Below, one piece after another: positions 48,754 through 50,278 of a DNA stretch of 50,278 nt. A program made the translations under genes and the position numbers. Under the pieces are notes generated by a model. That model saw only the letters and a list, made by a program, of their open reading frames with translations. It searched no databases and was not told the DNA's origin. This DNA is from Chromera velia (Eukaryota): assembly GCA_018398765.1 (NCBI GenBank), contig JAHBMJ010000353.1:1-50278 (forward strand). The letters run 5' to 3'. Within the stretch, counting starts at the first letter, position 1, and each line of letters starts with the position of its first letter.

Positions 48754-49167
48754 ATTATGTATATAGGTTTAATTGATAGATCCTTAGTATAGATATCATC
48801 AAATCAACGCATAAGCTATATATATGTGGGAGCCGCCACAATTAGTAGAACACCTGTCTTAGGTATGCTCAAGATATATATAGAGGGGAGAGGAACAGAA
48901 TACAGTAGTAATATTATACTAACATGCAGTGTAACCTAGTGTGGGTCTCTGTTCCTTGATAATAGGCTTGATCGAATTCGACCTAGAATTAATTTGACTC
49001 TCGTTTTTATACAACGGTTTCTACAGTGGTTTTCATCTCCAAGAATCTTTTTCCTTCCCTGGTTTTTTACCAGCAAAATTCAGTCTAAAATTCAGCTAGA
49101 AACTTATTTTTCTTTCTAAAAACTCCATTCAAATTAATATTGCGGTCCAATTTGCAGAGTCTGACAC

Positions 49168-50278
49168 TTATAAGTTATAAAAAAGCCGTTTTCCCTCTCT
49201 ATCTCTCATTTTCTTCACTGAGTTCACTCTCTTTTCCAGCTTATAAAATTTAAGACATAAATATGATGTATACGCATGTGTATCCGCATGTGGCAAGCTT
49301 TCATGTCCTGCAGTCTCCAATGATCTATAGTCTTTATATGCGTAATGTTCCAGAAGCATGCTGCTCCTGTTTTTTTGCTTGTCGATGCGCACTTCTTTTC
49401 TCTCTTTCCATTTGGTAAGGGGCGCATGCCGAGTGAATTGATTTTTAAAGCGCGTAAGTCCCCATCCGGATCCTTAAATACTGCGCGCGCCATCATTGTT
49501 TCGGCTCGCTTCACGCATGATATTCATCTTTCCATGCGCTTCTCTCTCTTTGACTGATCCCGGCTCGCCTCTCCTGTCAGTGATTGCACATTGAGTGACG
49601 CACGCTGAGTCCCGATTGTTTATGCAAGTGATTGCCATCCCTGGAACTCTTTCACTTCTCGTTTGGGGCTTTCCGGGGTTCTCGCACGCAGGGACTCCGT
49701 CAGGCGTCTCCTCTCGCATGCATTTTTGACTCACAAAATTTCTCATTGTTTCGTCTTGATCGATTGCTAGAATTGAACGTTTTTTCCTCTGGGAGTGGCT
49801 CTCTGCTGGCCACTCAGTTACGACTTTCTCTGGAATAAGGACCTACGGATCGATTTCATCGTGAGTCTTTATTTCTGTCTTCGTGTGTAGCTAGATATTC
49901 GTTCTTATAGTCTAGCAAACATCTCGTGGTGCCGGCTCCCGCTTTCTTCCTCTGATTCTTTGAGAAAGCGTCCTTTCTTTTCCCGGGTCGAACGGCTTTC
50001 TTCTTGTCCGTTTGCCTTCTCCTTAGCTTCTGCAATGGAGCAAACTCCAGTGATTGAACGATCTCTGTCCGGTCCTCCCGCACCTGGCTCTGAGCTTGCT
50101 TCTGCTTTGTCTCCTCCTAATGCAGCAGATCACGCTCTGCCAGCGGTTGGAGTCGAGGAGCACATCGAAGTGTCTCCACCTGATGTCTCTGGTGCCTCTG
50201 GTCAGGCTGGGCAGGGTGATCCACCTCCTCCTGTGCCTCCGGTGTCCGACCCTCCACACCCGGTGGCTGAGGCGTCCT
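49168..50278 (-). pseudogene. Fragmented coding-like sequence running off the window, possibly a retroelement gag-like remnant
   Basis: Chain of short minus-strand ORFs broken by stops (for example TAG at 50117-50119) and frameshifts. Ends at CAGAGTCTGACAC (about 49155), similar to the TIR at 43291-43304. No diagnostic motif intact. Confidence 0.3.

Overview
Eukaryotic nuclear DNA, most consistent with a photosynthetic alveolate (chromerid, Chromera velia-like). This is an inference from a nucleus-encoded cytochrome c6 with a bipartite complex-plastid presequence, an ApiAP2 domain, TGCATGCA enrichment and microsatellite-filled introns. Intact-looking genes: a GT34 glycosyltransferase (3' part), a 5-exon arginine kinase with an N-acylation motif, petJ and a LURP-one/tubby-C-like gene. 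Disrupted genes: lipase-3 plus P-loop GTPase, CBM20 plus Cys/His zinc repeats plus AP2, a DnaQ-like exonuclease followed by decayed exons, and a coiled-coil ORF1-like gene. Genes sit in head-to-head pairs separated by AT-rich islands of decayed DNA transposons, including nested elements with 8-bp target-site duplications. The most interesting signal is a recurring CpA->TpA (TpG->TpA) pattern in TIRs, a TSD, subterminal repeats, a duplicated gene segment and premature stop codons, while CpG persists. It resembles fungal repeat-induced point mutation (RIP) in a non-fungal genome, but rests on by-eye comparisons that need counting. One assembly gap at 45056-45502.
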